From the NCBI RefSeq assembly GCF_006345805.1, contig NC_043008.1, positions 32,736,001-32,800,000 of the forward strand: a stretch of DNA of 64,000 nucleotides, read 5' to 3'. A model generated the notes under the pieces. That model saw only the letters and a list, made by a program, of their open reading frames with translations. It was not told the DNA's origin and ran no database searches. Position numbers and translations under genes: made by a program. This document shows positions 39,320 through 51,615 of this stretch, piece by piece; the stretch's first letter is position 1, and each line of letters opens with the position of its first letter. This DNA comes from Octopus sinensis (taxonomy: Eukaryota).

Positions 39320-40055
39320 CGTTTGTATATATGTATGCCGCATATTCATGTTTGTGTGCTTGTTTATTCGTATTACCTATCTACCTATCTATCTGTTTAT
39401 CTATCTGATAGAAATGCATACATACATACATACATACATACATACATACATACATACATACATACATACATGCATACATACATACATACATTCATACATA
39501 CATACATATGTGTATCTGTATATCTATCTGATAGACGTACAGGTAGATAGGTACAAAGGTAATATAAACAGACAAGCACACATACACATATACATACGTA
39601 AATGAAGACTGAAACACGTAAACACACACACACACACACACACACTTCACTTCACACAAGGATACATATGGAGACACACATCCATACATAACAGACGCAA
39701 TACATAGTCACAAAAATCCATACATAGACACACTCAGACATGCACACACAAGGAGACAGCGACACGCACACACACACACACATACAAACACACAAACAAG
39801 AACACACAAGCACATGAATTTGCAGAATACATATATACAAACGTACACACACATACACACACATATATATATATGCATACACACATACATACGTACATAC
39901 ATGCGTACATACATACCTAAATACATACATACATACATACATACATACATACATACATACATTCATTCATACATACATACATACATACATACATACATAC
40001 ATACATACATACATACATACATACATACATACATACATACGTACATACATACATA
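38960..40055. repeat. Large (TATG)n/(CATA)n/(TA)n microsatellite complex including an inverted duplication
   Basis: Directly visible; accounts for all MYVC/HTYI ORFs in this region. Confidence 0.95.
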
Positions 40056-40559
40056 GGATATCATCACCTTGACAAATTCAATGGATCAGCGTGTAAAGAA
40101 GGTTATTGCATGTGAAGGATCATACATCAAACATTAGGAGATGTATGACATTATAATCCCATGATTATTTTCATACGAACTTATTATGTTTACCATTAAG
40201 TCCTTTATGAATAAGTTTTTGTTAAACCTTTACTATTGAATTAAATAAACGTTTCTTCTGACACAATTATCATTTTTATTATACTTGCCTAATAATTTGT
40301 GACGGTGAAAAGTAACCCAATTACAAAAATGGCCGTCATTTATTGGCGTCTGCGCAGATCCGATTTATTTTAACAGAATGTGCGCAGATAGGTGGTGCCA
40401 ACAGTCAGGGAGAAAAAAACTGGTTTTGAATGAATATACATTTATTTAATGAAAGTTGATTTGCAAATAATGTTGGACGCACTGGATACATATATATATA
40501 TATATTTATATATATAAGTAATGGAATAGTTACTATGAAGCATTGTGTGTGTATATGTG

Positions 40560-40592
<33 letters not shown>

Positions 40593-40919
40593 ACGGTAAC
40601 ACACTTTTTGCGAAAACATATAGGCGTGGTTTCGAGTCCGACGCGAACGGAAAACCCTTTTTTCCGTCGAGGGCTTATATGCTACAATATTAGACTGTCT
40701 ACCGCAGTCAATGCACGGTAATTGCTCATAAGCTTTAAGCTTATAAAATATTATTATTATTATTCTATACATATATTTATACACAGACACACAGACACAC
40801 ACACACACACACACACACACCACACACACACACAACACACACTATTATATATATATAGGTAGGTCGGGTTGATCCGGGGTTAACCACAGTAAGTAAGGTA
40901 CTCATACATAGCATAAAAT

Positions 40920-41049
40920 TAATTTATTATATAGAAGGAGCTTCTACAGGACTAGTACTGTTTCATTCAAGAAAATCTTCAGGAAGCTTCAGGAGCTTCC
41001 TGAAGATTTCTCTTGAATGAAACAGTATATTGTAGAAGCTCCTTCTATA

Positions 41050-41059
<10 letters not shown>
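40920..41059. repeat. Inverted pair of a Penelope-like terminal unit
   Basis: TAATTTATTATATAGAAGGAGCTTCTACA..CTGTTTCATTCAAGA..ATCTTCAGGAAGCT is mirrored; each arm reads CTGAAGA..GAATGAAACAGTA on one strand. Confidence 0.6.
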
Positions 41060-41112
<53 letters not shown>

Positions 41113-41598
41113 CACTATATAATACATAAGCTCCGATCAGTATTAAAAAAAACAATTTGGTTATATTGATTCATCTTAGATTTCCCTAAAGCATTTTTTA
41201 GAAATAGCTTTAACTAAAATCTCCATATCCATATCCATTTACTGACCTCACTAGGTTCCAGTACCTGTCGTTCTATCATTTAAAATGTGACCTGGTTAAA
41301 AAAAGTTTCTGTAAGTTCCCTAAAAGCTTCACTTCAACGAAAATACAGTAAATTTAATACCTCTGGTTTAGCACACACAAACTGACACAGACAAACACAC
41401 CCACACAAACACACATGCATAAAACACACACACACATATGTACATACATAGCATATGTACATACATAGCATAAGTACGTACGGATTAGATGCATATACTC
41501 ATATATGTATTTATATCTATATTTATGTGCATACATAGACATAGATATATACCTACATGTCTGTATGCTTGTGTGTGTGTGCTTGTGTGTGTGTGTGT

Positions 41599-41650
<52 letters not shown>

Positions 41651-42009
41651 TGTGTGTGCGTGTGTACCAACATCTGCAAAGTGTGTTCAGAACATGTCCC
41701 TCAGAGGCCACATATAGATTGTGATACTAGCTAGTCTCTTTATGCTGTCAAATTATGAATATATTTCGTTCGTAAAGACGGACGAAATGCCTCTGATACT
41801 CTAATATTTCTTGTTATTGTTGTTTTCTATATCTTAACTTTCATCCAACAAGCCTATCATCAAACACATTCCACTTGTGACTATCCCGACTTTGGGGGGG
41901 AAATCAAAGACAACCTTATCTAATGAGTACTTCTTTTTTCCAAGAGTCGTTTTGAGAGGGAGGTTTTGTTGTTATTTCTGACAATCTGAGTGACTACTAA
42001 GAAGCTCCC

Positions 42010-42360
42010 TCATTGGCTACTGTTTATACAGCATGTCTTGTCTGAAGTGCTTATTGGTTTTTATTTCTACACCAGTACGCTTACGAACCATTCTCGGTGA
42101 TTTTTTACCGAACTCTAATGAACTTCCTCTCTCTATTATATATACATACATACGAACGTAGCAGGTAACAGCTAACCTTTGGGCGCTGTTTTGGACCCTG
42201 TTACGTCTACCACTCTGATTGGTTGGTATTGGCACAATTTGTCTCTTACTCTATCGCACGCCAATATGCAACCCAACCACACGCAGCCTCCAAGTAAATC
42301 ACGTGAGGCAGTCTGTTCTAAACTCCATTTGAGCCTACGGTTAGCTATAAAAACTCACCT
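42010..42360 (+). promoter_or_regulatory. Candidate core promoter: five CCAAT boxes, E-box, TATA
   Basis: ATTGG at 42012, 42053, 42218 and 42228; CCAAT at 42261; TCACGTGA at 42299-42306; TATAAAAA at 42346-42353; locally CpG-rich and free of repeats. Confidence 0.45.
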
Positions 42361-42450
42361 CCTCCTAGTCTCGGAGTCTGTTGGTTCCAGACTCTCTAAG
42401 GTCTAACCACTGACCACATTACAGCGACCTCCATCTTCGTCGCCACCATC

Positions 42451-42528
42451 ATGTCTCTCACCAACGTCGTCAAAAACATTTCTACACAGCACCGACTACG
42501 CTGCACAGGTTCTAACTTATCGCTGTTC
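42451..42528 (+). CDS. Candidate first coding exon MSLTNVVKNISTQHRLRCTGSNLSLF (antisense, nested in the SEFIR-gene intron)
   Basis: Kozak-like GCCACCATC-ATG about 100 nt after the TATA box; donor TTC|GTGAGT in phase 0. No convincing downstream exon identified. Confidence 0.3.
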
Positions 42529-42869
42529 GTGAGTTTCCTCACCAGGATTAACAGCAAACATAGAACCCACGCAGATAAATGTAGATATATGAATAAATAT
42601 CCATCAACCACTTCCATTTATCATTCAGCCTGTGTATATATATGCGTGTGGCCGACATTAAAAACATTTCAAGTCACCACCTTGTTCCATGTATTTCTTT
42701 ATACCGTGTTCCTGTCAAATGATATTACAGCCTTCTGAGTAGAGTCACATTAGATGGAATACAACCGATCCTTCTATAATTTCTTTGATAAGAGCTATGT
42801 CATTGCCACATATCTTCGAATGTCTTTTTACTTGACACCATATTTTCAACCAGATACGCACAAATTTAC

Positions 42870-42995
42870 CGCATTGGTTTGGAATCTCAAGACATATACA
42901 GCTAAAACTGGAAACAAATATAGCAAGGCGCTTTGTCAGATGTTCAATCAATTCCTCCAATCCAACGCTCTGGACTGGTAATTCATTCCATCGAC
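42870..42995 (-). CDS. Exon B of the SEFIR-like gene (126 nt, phase 1-1)
   Basis: TTTTCCTTCTATCATCTCAAG|GTCGA..TGCG|GTAAAT; RWNELPVQSVGLEELIEHLTKRLAIFVSSFSCICLEIPNQC resembles the SEFIR W-E-..-G-..-IIVCS segment. Confidence 0.55.
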
Positions 42996-43848
42996 CTTGA
43001 GATGATAGAAGGAAAATTTATTTGATTTAGGTTTTAAACTCAAAACACAAAGTGCCAGAAAATACATCCACCATTATTGATATTCTGTAAAGCAGTAGAA
43101 AATCTCTGTCTCAGTAAACTCTCCTGTGTATAAAGTGATCTTGCTATAACTAACTAACTAATTCTCGTTTAGAACCATTGTAATTTTACTTACAGCTTTT
43201 TATGTTCTTCAGAAAGGCATGTCACCTCTCTACATTCATTCTTCCTCGTACCTCCTCTGCTCATTCATTTTAATTTCTCTCTCTCTCTCTGTTATCCCTA
43301 TCTACTCTCTCCTTTCCCTCCTCGCTTTATTCACCCTTTTCTCTCTATTCCAACTGTTATATACACTCTACGTTTTCTATCGTGTCCCTTTCCTTCTTCA
43401 AATAAATAACTAATTAAATTAAATGAATGAATATCACTAACTCCATTCACATTCCCACCAAGACAATACATCATACTTTTAATTGCGTTTTACTATTTAA
43501 TTAATGTTTTTTTTTGTTGTTATCCCTAATATAATGTTGTTCTTGGTATTGTTGTTTTCCGTCTTCCGTTAAGCAACGCTATCTCAAGCGTAGATCGCGC
43601 TGGACATCGTTAAGTTACACGCATGCGCAACTATACACGTAATTTCATTTTCGTACATACACACAAATGCAAAGACGCGTACGCATAATGACATGCACTT
43701 TCTTTCTATTTCTCTCTTTTCTTCATTCTTTCCACCCTCTCTCTTTCTCTCTCTCTCTTTCTTTGTCTCTCAGTTTTTCTCTCTCTCTCTTCCTTTGTCT
43801 CTCAGTTTCTCTCTCTTTCTCTCTCTTTCTTTGTCTCTCAGTTTCTCT

Positions 43849-43882
<34 letters not shown>

Positions 43883-44297
43883 AAATCTCTCTCTTTATTT
43901 CACCATCTTTCTCTTTCTAACAATCTATCATTATCATTATAAAAATGTCGATTTAATGACTGAAATTCAATTAAAATTCTGTAAATGATTAATATTTTGA
44001 TGTTCGACAGGCACAATTTCCTGTGTCTTTCATCTTCAATATACCATACTAACGTGTGACGATACTATTAAGCCTCGTGTCGCAAGCGAAGTTCTAAAAC
44101 ACATTAAAATATAGCATCATTGAACAAGAATGAATTCTGCCTTTTGGTCAGTGAGCAATGTGCGTGCGTGCATGTTATGTCGTTTGCCTGTATGGATTGG
44201 ATTAACTTTTAGAGACATGTCTTTTAAGTGAATGCATGAAATAATAATAATGACTACATTCACAAGTATAGGCACATACATACATACATATATACAT

Positions 44298-44912
44298 GTT
44301 GAAATTCCAATGAAGGAGGGAGCCTTAGATCTAGGTTAGAAACCCGTTCTTTCTCTATTGGCAAGAAATCTTGAAATAAACTGAATAATGATATACATAC
44401 ATACATACATACAGCTGCCCAGCGGATGTTAACATACAGTTAAAGATCAGCATAAAAGAAAATAACTACGCTGAACTATTGAGAAATCTACAGTTACTCT
44501 ACCCAGATTACAAGTTCAGGTTTATGTCAGTAATTATTGGGCCACTGGGATATGTAACACACTGCCTAAATACCAATCTTGAGAAATTAGGCTTCTCAAA
44601 ACCGGAAAGGAGAAAGCTGATTCGAAGGCTACAGATCCGAGCCATCACTGAACTATAAAAATCTGCAAAACTTTCCAGATGTTTATATATAAATCTATAT
44701 CCGTATGTCTAGACATGCAACTATATGCATGAGAATAAGCACATAGAACAAAGCATACAAATCTGCACATGCAGTGTACAGATACATACATACAAAAATA
44801 ACCTTTTGATGCTATTGAAATTCCTATGAAGGAGCCTTGGATCTAGATTAGAACCCGGCTCTTTTTCTCTTGGCAAGAAATATTGAAATAAAACTTAATG
44901 ACATACATACAT
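44298..44912 (+). mobile_element. Two 5'-truncated copies of the RLE-type LINE, each bounded by (CATA)n
   Basis: 44412-44700 is near-identical to 19515-19780 (GCGGATGTTAACATA..CCAGATTACAA..CACACTGCCTAAATACCAATCTTGAGAAATTAGGC); the 3' UTR unit occurs at 44298-44392 and 44815-44900. Confidence 0.8.
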
Positions 44913-45451
44913 ATCCTAAGCATTTATTCACGACAGATTCCTAATTCTTACAATCACCATGATCACTAACGCTTCTGTCGCCTGTGTATGTGCGTGTGTG
45001 TGCGCGTGTGTTTGTGTGTGTGTGTGTGCGTGCGTTTGTGTGTGTGTGGGGGGGGGGCTGTGCTCAACTAAAACTTGTTCTTTCCGTCAAAAGCTTCTCG
45101 AAAACCGCCATTAGCACCACAACCACCAATTGTTGATGCTGTGGTTGTAGATGGTGTGAGCCAAAACCTCAACAATTTCTACTGTGCCAAAACACCATGA
45201 ATTTAAACACATAATAGGAGTTAGTTAAGAATTAACAAGATCAAATAGTTTTTGTTATGCAGAGAGAAAGAAAAAAAGACAGTAATATCTGATTTGGAAC
45301 TAAGAGACCATACAAATTATGTTGGCTTCCAGCAGATATATTCCTTGTTCGTACATGATTAAATTGAATATATGGAGTGTGTGAGTGTGCATGCGTGTGT
45401 GCGTACGCATATGTATCTGTATGTGCATGAGTCAGTGTGCGTGCATAAGAC

Positions 45452-45485
<34 letters not shown>

Positions 45486-46731
45486 TAGCGTAAGTGTCCA
45501 AGTGAAAATGTATGTGTGAGAGAACATGTATGCGTGTAAGGGGTAATTTGTGCGTGTATGATTGAGAGAGAATGCCTGTGAGAGCGAGACATAGAGAGGG
45601 GTGTGATTGATCATTTATTCTCATTACGTTGTTTCTGAATGGCGGTGGAGGGTATGATCTTTAAAACAAGAGAATGCATTGCTATATTCAATTTACGCTC
45701 TATTGCATTCTGAGTTCAAATCCTGCGGGGTCAACCTCCCTTTCATCTTTCAGGAATCATGTACTGGGTCGATATATTCGTTTGAACCTTTCCCCAAATC
45801 TATGATAGAATTTATATTGATTTAAGGCATAATTGGTAGAGCAAGCGGACAAAATTCCTTGTTGTGATTCGTTCGGCCCCTTTACTTCCTGAGTTCAAAC
45901 CCCAGCAAAGACGACTTTGCCTTCCATTCTCTCGGGATCAGTAAAATCAAGTGTAATCGACAACACCCTTTCCCTTAGATGTGTGGCTTATCTTGCTTTT
46001 ATGCTACAAGCTTTTGTTATATGAGTCAATATAAGACCTACGTAGTCGCATAATATACTAGAAGGTACACACAAATATCCTTCAAATTACATGAGACCGT
46101 CTTCAGTGAAACAAGTAATGATACTTCTAATAAAGTTGTCTTAGATACATCGAAAACAAATGACTGATTGCCACAGCTAACTTTATTAAGGTTCACCTGA
46201 GCCAAAACAACAAACTACAACAAATATTGTGTTGCATTTTCACACCGGAAGACAAATACTTAAGGCACGAGAAAGGACTTGGGTGTTTTAGTTGATTCCA
46301 TTTCTTCACTCATACACGGTTTATCCGACACTTTTTTCATGTAAGTAACAGTTAAGCACTGGAGTCGATATAATCGACTAAGTCCCTTCTCATCCACCAG
46401 ATGCTGGCCTAGTGCCAAAATTTGAAACCAATATTTAAGCTATCTGATGTATTAACTAATACATATTTTATCTGATTCGTATATTAATTCATACATATTT
46501 TATACGATATTTATCCGATACTTATCTTAAATGATACACATTCTGTTTTATCCTCGATGTATCGCATACATGTGTTAAATGATATTTTTCTTTTAATTAA
46601 ACATGTTTTATCTGATACTTATTTTATCATATACATATTTTATATCCATGTTCATTTTAGATTATAGTTATTTTACGCGATATTTATTTTACATATCTTT
46701 ATTATTTACATACACACACACACACACACAC

Positions 46732-46786
<55 letters not shown>

Positions 46787-47479
46787 ATCGCCATTATATA
46801 TCATAAATCCTGTATACTTTATCTCACATTTCTTTTATATGATATTCATATTTATTAATTATTCTATCTGATACGCATTTTATTTTATACTTTATCTCAT
46901 TTCATACATACTTTATTTAATACCTATCTTATCATATTCTTATTTTCTCAGTATTCATTTATCTCATAACTATTTTATCTCGTTCTTATTTTATCAATCC
47001 TCCGTGGCCGAAGTGCTTAAAATAAAATCACTACGCCAATGTTAGAAATGGCCTTCTGTCTAGTCTTTGAACTGTTGTTATACTGGGTCACTGCCTTCTG
47101 GGATTGTAGTCAATTATATCGATCCAAAACCTTTGTCTGGCGCTTAGCCGTTCGATAAATAGATTTCGATTAAATTAGTCAATTTGAGGTCAATATTATG
47201 GGATAAATCCTCCTGAAAGCACTGCTGCAGTATGGTCGTAGAAAAATTACTGAACCTGAAAGAGAGGAATGCATGAAAGCAAAAGAAGACCGCGTTTGAA
47301 GTAGATTGACAAATGAACTGAAAAGTGCATTAATGATAGTTATTGTTGTGTAATGAGGAAACATTTGTGGGAGACGGACGCACACGCAGCAAGAATGTGT
47401 GTGTGTGTGTATAAGTGTATACTCATGTGTGTGTGTTTATATAGCATATATATGTATATATGTGTGTATATATATATAC

Positions 47480-47520
47480 ATACATTTATATGCATGTGTG
47501 TATGTGTTTGTGTATATAAG

Positions 47521-47572
<52 letters not shown>

Positions 47573-47595
47573 GAGAGAGGGGGGAGATAGAGATG

Positions 47596-47661
<66 letters not shown>

Positions 47662-47725
47662 CAGGCAGGCAGACAGACGAGTGGACGGAACAGCCAGACA
47701 GAAAACAGACAGACAGACAGACAGG

Positions 47726-47763
<38 letters not shown>

Positions 47764-47770
47764 AAGAGAA

Positions 47771-47839
<69 letters not shown>

Positions 47840-47848
47840 GTAGATAGG

Positions 47849-47934
<86 letters not shown>

Positions 47935-47935
47935 T
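47480..47935. repeat. (TA)n(GA)n(GATA)n(GACA)n microsatellite block
   Basis: Directly visible; source of the 253-aa SIYL ORF. Confidence 0.95.
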
Positions 47936-48759
47936 TATTAACACCACAAGAATTTAAAACTTGCGAGAGAACAAGAAATAATTTAGTTTTGGAATATCTC
48001 GAAGCATATGCATAAAACTTTAAATAATAGCATGTAAATATTGCATTCCAAAAACATTTTTGGAAAGAAAAAGTTGCTGCCAGTGGGTCTTGGACCCTCA
48101 TCTCCTGTGTGTGCTTCGAGATAATCCAAAAGAGAATTATTTCACGTTCTCTAGAAATATGCAGTTCTAGCTGGTAAGAAATAAGTTTCTAAAATGGGTA
48201 AGAGAAATTCAAAGAATTGCTTTGGTCCATTGATAGAGCACCTGTCATGCTTACAGATGATGTAGATAACATCGGTGGCGTGGGGAGGGGAGGCTGGTAT
48301 GCATGGACGACTACTGGTCTACCATAAACAACCTTGCCAGGACTTGAGCCTCAGAGGGGAACTTTCTAGATGCAATCCCATGGTCATTCATGAACGAAGA
48401 AGGGGGTCTTTATCCTTTATCCTATACACACATATATATGCACACATATATACACACACACATATACATATAGTTTTATATAAATACTCATAAAATGAAA
48501 CATGAAAATGTGTAGACCCTTAAAGCGTGTGTGTATGTGTGTGTGTAAGGCAGTGAGCTGGTAGAATCGTCAACACTCCGGGCAAAATGCCTAGCGGTAT
48601 TTCGTCCGCCTTCACGTTCTGAGTTCAAATTCCGACAAGATTGATTTTGCCTGTCATCCTTTCGGGGTCGATGAAATAAATACCAGTTAAACACTGGTTG
48701 AACCCCTCGCCTGATCGTGCCAAATTTAAAAAACTGAAATGAATGTGTGTATGTGTTTT

Positions 48760-50290
48760 TGTTTGAGTGTCTTACAGCAAATAAAGCTGTTCTACGTTTT
48801 GTATGCTCCAAAAAACCGCTTTCTGAGGTCCGAATGTGTATGAGGAGACGAAATTCATTAAAGTACATGACAACAAAGCTCTGTCACAAAGTATTCTCTA
48901 CGAATATACATAAAAATTATTTTAATGGTCGCACAAGTATCACGCGTGTAGAAAGAACCAGACGTCCGACTGCATCCTGTGCAAAAGTCAATATTAAACG
49001 AGTCTATATCACGATTCTTTTCTTGATAAGAAACAAATTAGTCATGTTTTTCTCTATGAAATTACCCACTACAGACTTGGCTTTAGAAAAGTTTGAGCAA
49101 AACAGATCCCAAAACAGCTCACAGAACTACATAAACAAAGCTGTTTTGAACTGTCAATGACATTTTGATAGCCTTAGTAACGAAGGTGACGCCTTCTAGG
49201 AAAACTAAATTATCATTAGTGTCAAAATATAGCTACAGCACTATTATCCTATAAGTAAATGCTTGAATATAAAACATAAGCATATATAAGCTGACCGTTT
49301 AAGAAAACTTCAAGGCCTCAGCCAACATCAAGGAAACTGCTACTGACAGATTTTGGAATTCACAAAGACCAATACAGAACATTAACGGGGGGAAATTGCG
49401 CAATAAACAATTTTCATCGAAGTGAGAGTTACATTACAAAATAAAACCACAATTTAATGCAAATAGCGAGGACTACTGTCGAAAGACGTTGGGTTGTTGT
49501 ATGAAAATGTTCATCCCATATTGTTACAAGAACGAACATGAGAGTCCTCATGCTGCTCGTGCTGTTTAATTTCCTCCAGAAACTTGAATTTGAAGTAATG
49601 AAGAATCTTCCATATACAGGCATAGACATGAGTGCATGGTTAAGAAGTTCTCTTTGCAATCATGTGGTTTTGGGTTCAGTCCTATTGTGCAGTACATTGG
49701 GCAAGTGTCTCCATCTGTAACCCTGGGACGACCATTACCGTGTGAATGAACTTGGTAGACGGAAACTGTGTCCTTCATGTATGTATGTATGTATGTATGT
49801 ATGTATGAGTGCGTGCACGTGTCTTTGTGTTTGTGTGTGTCTCCCCACCATTTTACAACCGCTTGTTGCTTTATATATGTCGTCGTAAGTTAGCGGTTCG
49901 GCGAACGGGTTCGATAGAATAAGTCACAGACTTCGAAAAGAAAATTACTGGATGGTGGGTGCGTCGATTTGTTCGGCTCAGCGTCTCCAGGCGGTGCCAC
50001 TGCATGGCTGCACTACGTTGACTGTAACTAGTACAAAATAAGAGATGAAAGATACTCCTGAACGTGTTCGTTCGGACCATCGCCTGTTTGCTTTGCTCAG
50101 AGAAGACTGTAGAGGTGGCGGCTTTGCTACGGACACCACGAAGTTTATATGTGGCTCATGACTCAGCTGAAAACAATTTTATTCATTTATTCATTAAAAA
50201 AATAAAGAAATTAAGATGGATCAAGCGTGTTGAAAAGCAAAAGAATTATAAATTGATGTGTTCGTACTTTTAAGACATTGAAGATCTCTA
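48760..50290 (+). pseudogene. Highly decayed mariner transposase interrupted by a SINE
   Basis: KAVLRFV (N-terminus), LGFRKV*AKQIPKQLTE, HENVHP..LQKLEFEVMKNLPY | SINE | PERVRSDHRLF..RGGGFATD..RWIKRVEKQKNY. Confidence 0.7.
49620..50050 (+). mobile_element. SINE family B with internal (TATG)n, inserted in the mariner
   Basis: GGTTAAGAAG A box, GGGTTCAGTCC B box, ACATTGGGCAAGTGTCT, conserved tail. Confidence 0.8.
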
Positions 50291-50654
50291 TTGTTGTAAA
50301 AATAAAAAGCAAAATTGATTTTTTAAAATTGATCTTTGACGTTGTTCTTCTCGGGAGCAAAATAAGCAGCAAGGACATGGTTAACGTAACTACAATGACC
50401 CCTTAATTGACATTACAACACAAACTAGCACTGTGGTGACTAGAGGGGTTCACGTCCAGCAAACGCGAAACTAATTTTTCCACCAACAGGGAGAAAATTA
50501 TAAATGGGCGGCGGATAATTAATGTTACACACTAGTAAACATACATGCATACATATACACACAGTATGTACATGTGTATACATCTGTATATGTATATGAT
50601 GCATATGTGTGTATAGTGTGTGTTTGTATGTGTGTGTGTATGCATATGTGTGTA

Positions 50655-50736
<82 letters not shown>

Positions 50737-51269
50737 TGTGTGCTGGCTTGCGGGACATTTATTAGCGGATATATATGTATAGTGTCAGGAGGGGTAGACC
50801 AGAGATAGAGAACAGAGAGGGTATATATTGATTCCCTGTGACCAAGAACAAAAATTGTGATTATAATTTCAGAATTAATTTCATTCGATACATTTCAACT
50901 TCAGCCATGCTTAATTAGTTCAGCTAATTAGTCATGAATTCAACTTGTTTTTTGCACTGCATTCGATTATAATCAAATCATTATGTCTGTCTTTCTATGC
51001 AAACTAATGAGAAACAGGTTAACGAGAGAGAAGAGCTTCTACGCGATCGCTTGACCTGCTACGAATAGCGGCCCAATCTCCCATAACTTAGACTCTTTTG
51101 CCTGGAAGAAAAGTACAGAGTGGACGCACTCGTATATATAAAAGAGGGATATGTATGGCTGGAGCGCTTTTATTTATATTCCAGAGATTATCGAGTTATC
51201 TGATGAAAAGAACGACGTCTAATTTTTACGTTCAAATCTACGTTTTATTCATTGTGTTCTTTATACTTG

Positions 51270-51615
51270 CAGTCATGCTTATTCTATCGGTTGCTTTTTG
51301 CAGAACCGCTAATTTACGGGGACATAGCCAAACCAACACCGGATGTCAAGCTATGGCTGAAGACAAACACAAATACACATACACACGCACTCAGACGCAC
51401 ATGCACACACAAACGTATATATATATATATATATATAAATGTATATGTGTATACGATGGTCTTCTTTCAGTTTCCGTCAATCAAATCCACTCACAAGACT
51501 TTGGTTGGCCTGGGGTTACAGTAGAAAGCACTTGCTCAGGGAGCCACGCAGTGGGACTGAACCTGAAACAGTGTGGTTGGGGATCAAACTTCTCACTACA
51601 CAACCACGCCTGCAC
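51270..51615 (-). mobile_element. SINE family B with internal (TA)n
   Basis: Reverse complement head GCAGGCGTGGTTGTGTAGTGAGAAG at about 51615. Confidence 0.8.

Noticed and set aside
42754-42981. Plus-strand 75-aa ORF as second exon of the nested transcript (TTAG|ATG..TG|GTAATT)
   Set aside because: It is the antisense shadow of exon B; the acceptor is weak and the peptide is unrecognisable. Kept only as something to test.
46255-46340. Short plus-strand exon ending at CAT|GTAAGT
   Set aside because: The upstream frame reads KDLGVLVDS, typical of a CR1/L2 RT remnant rather than a host exon.
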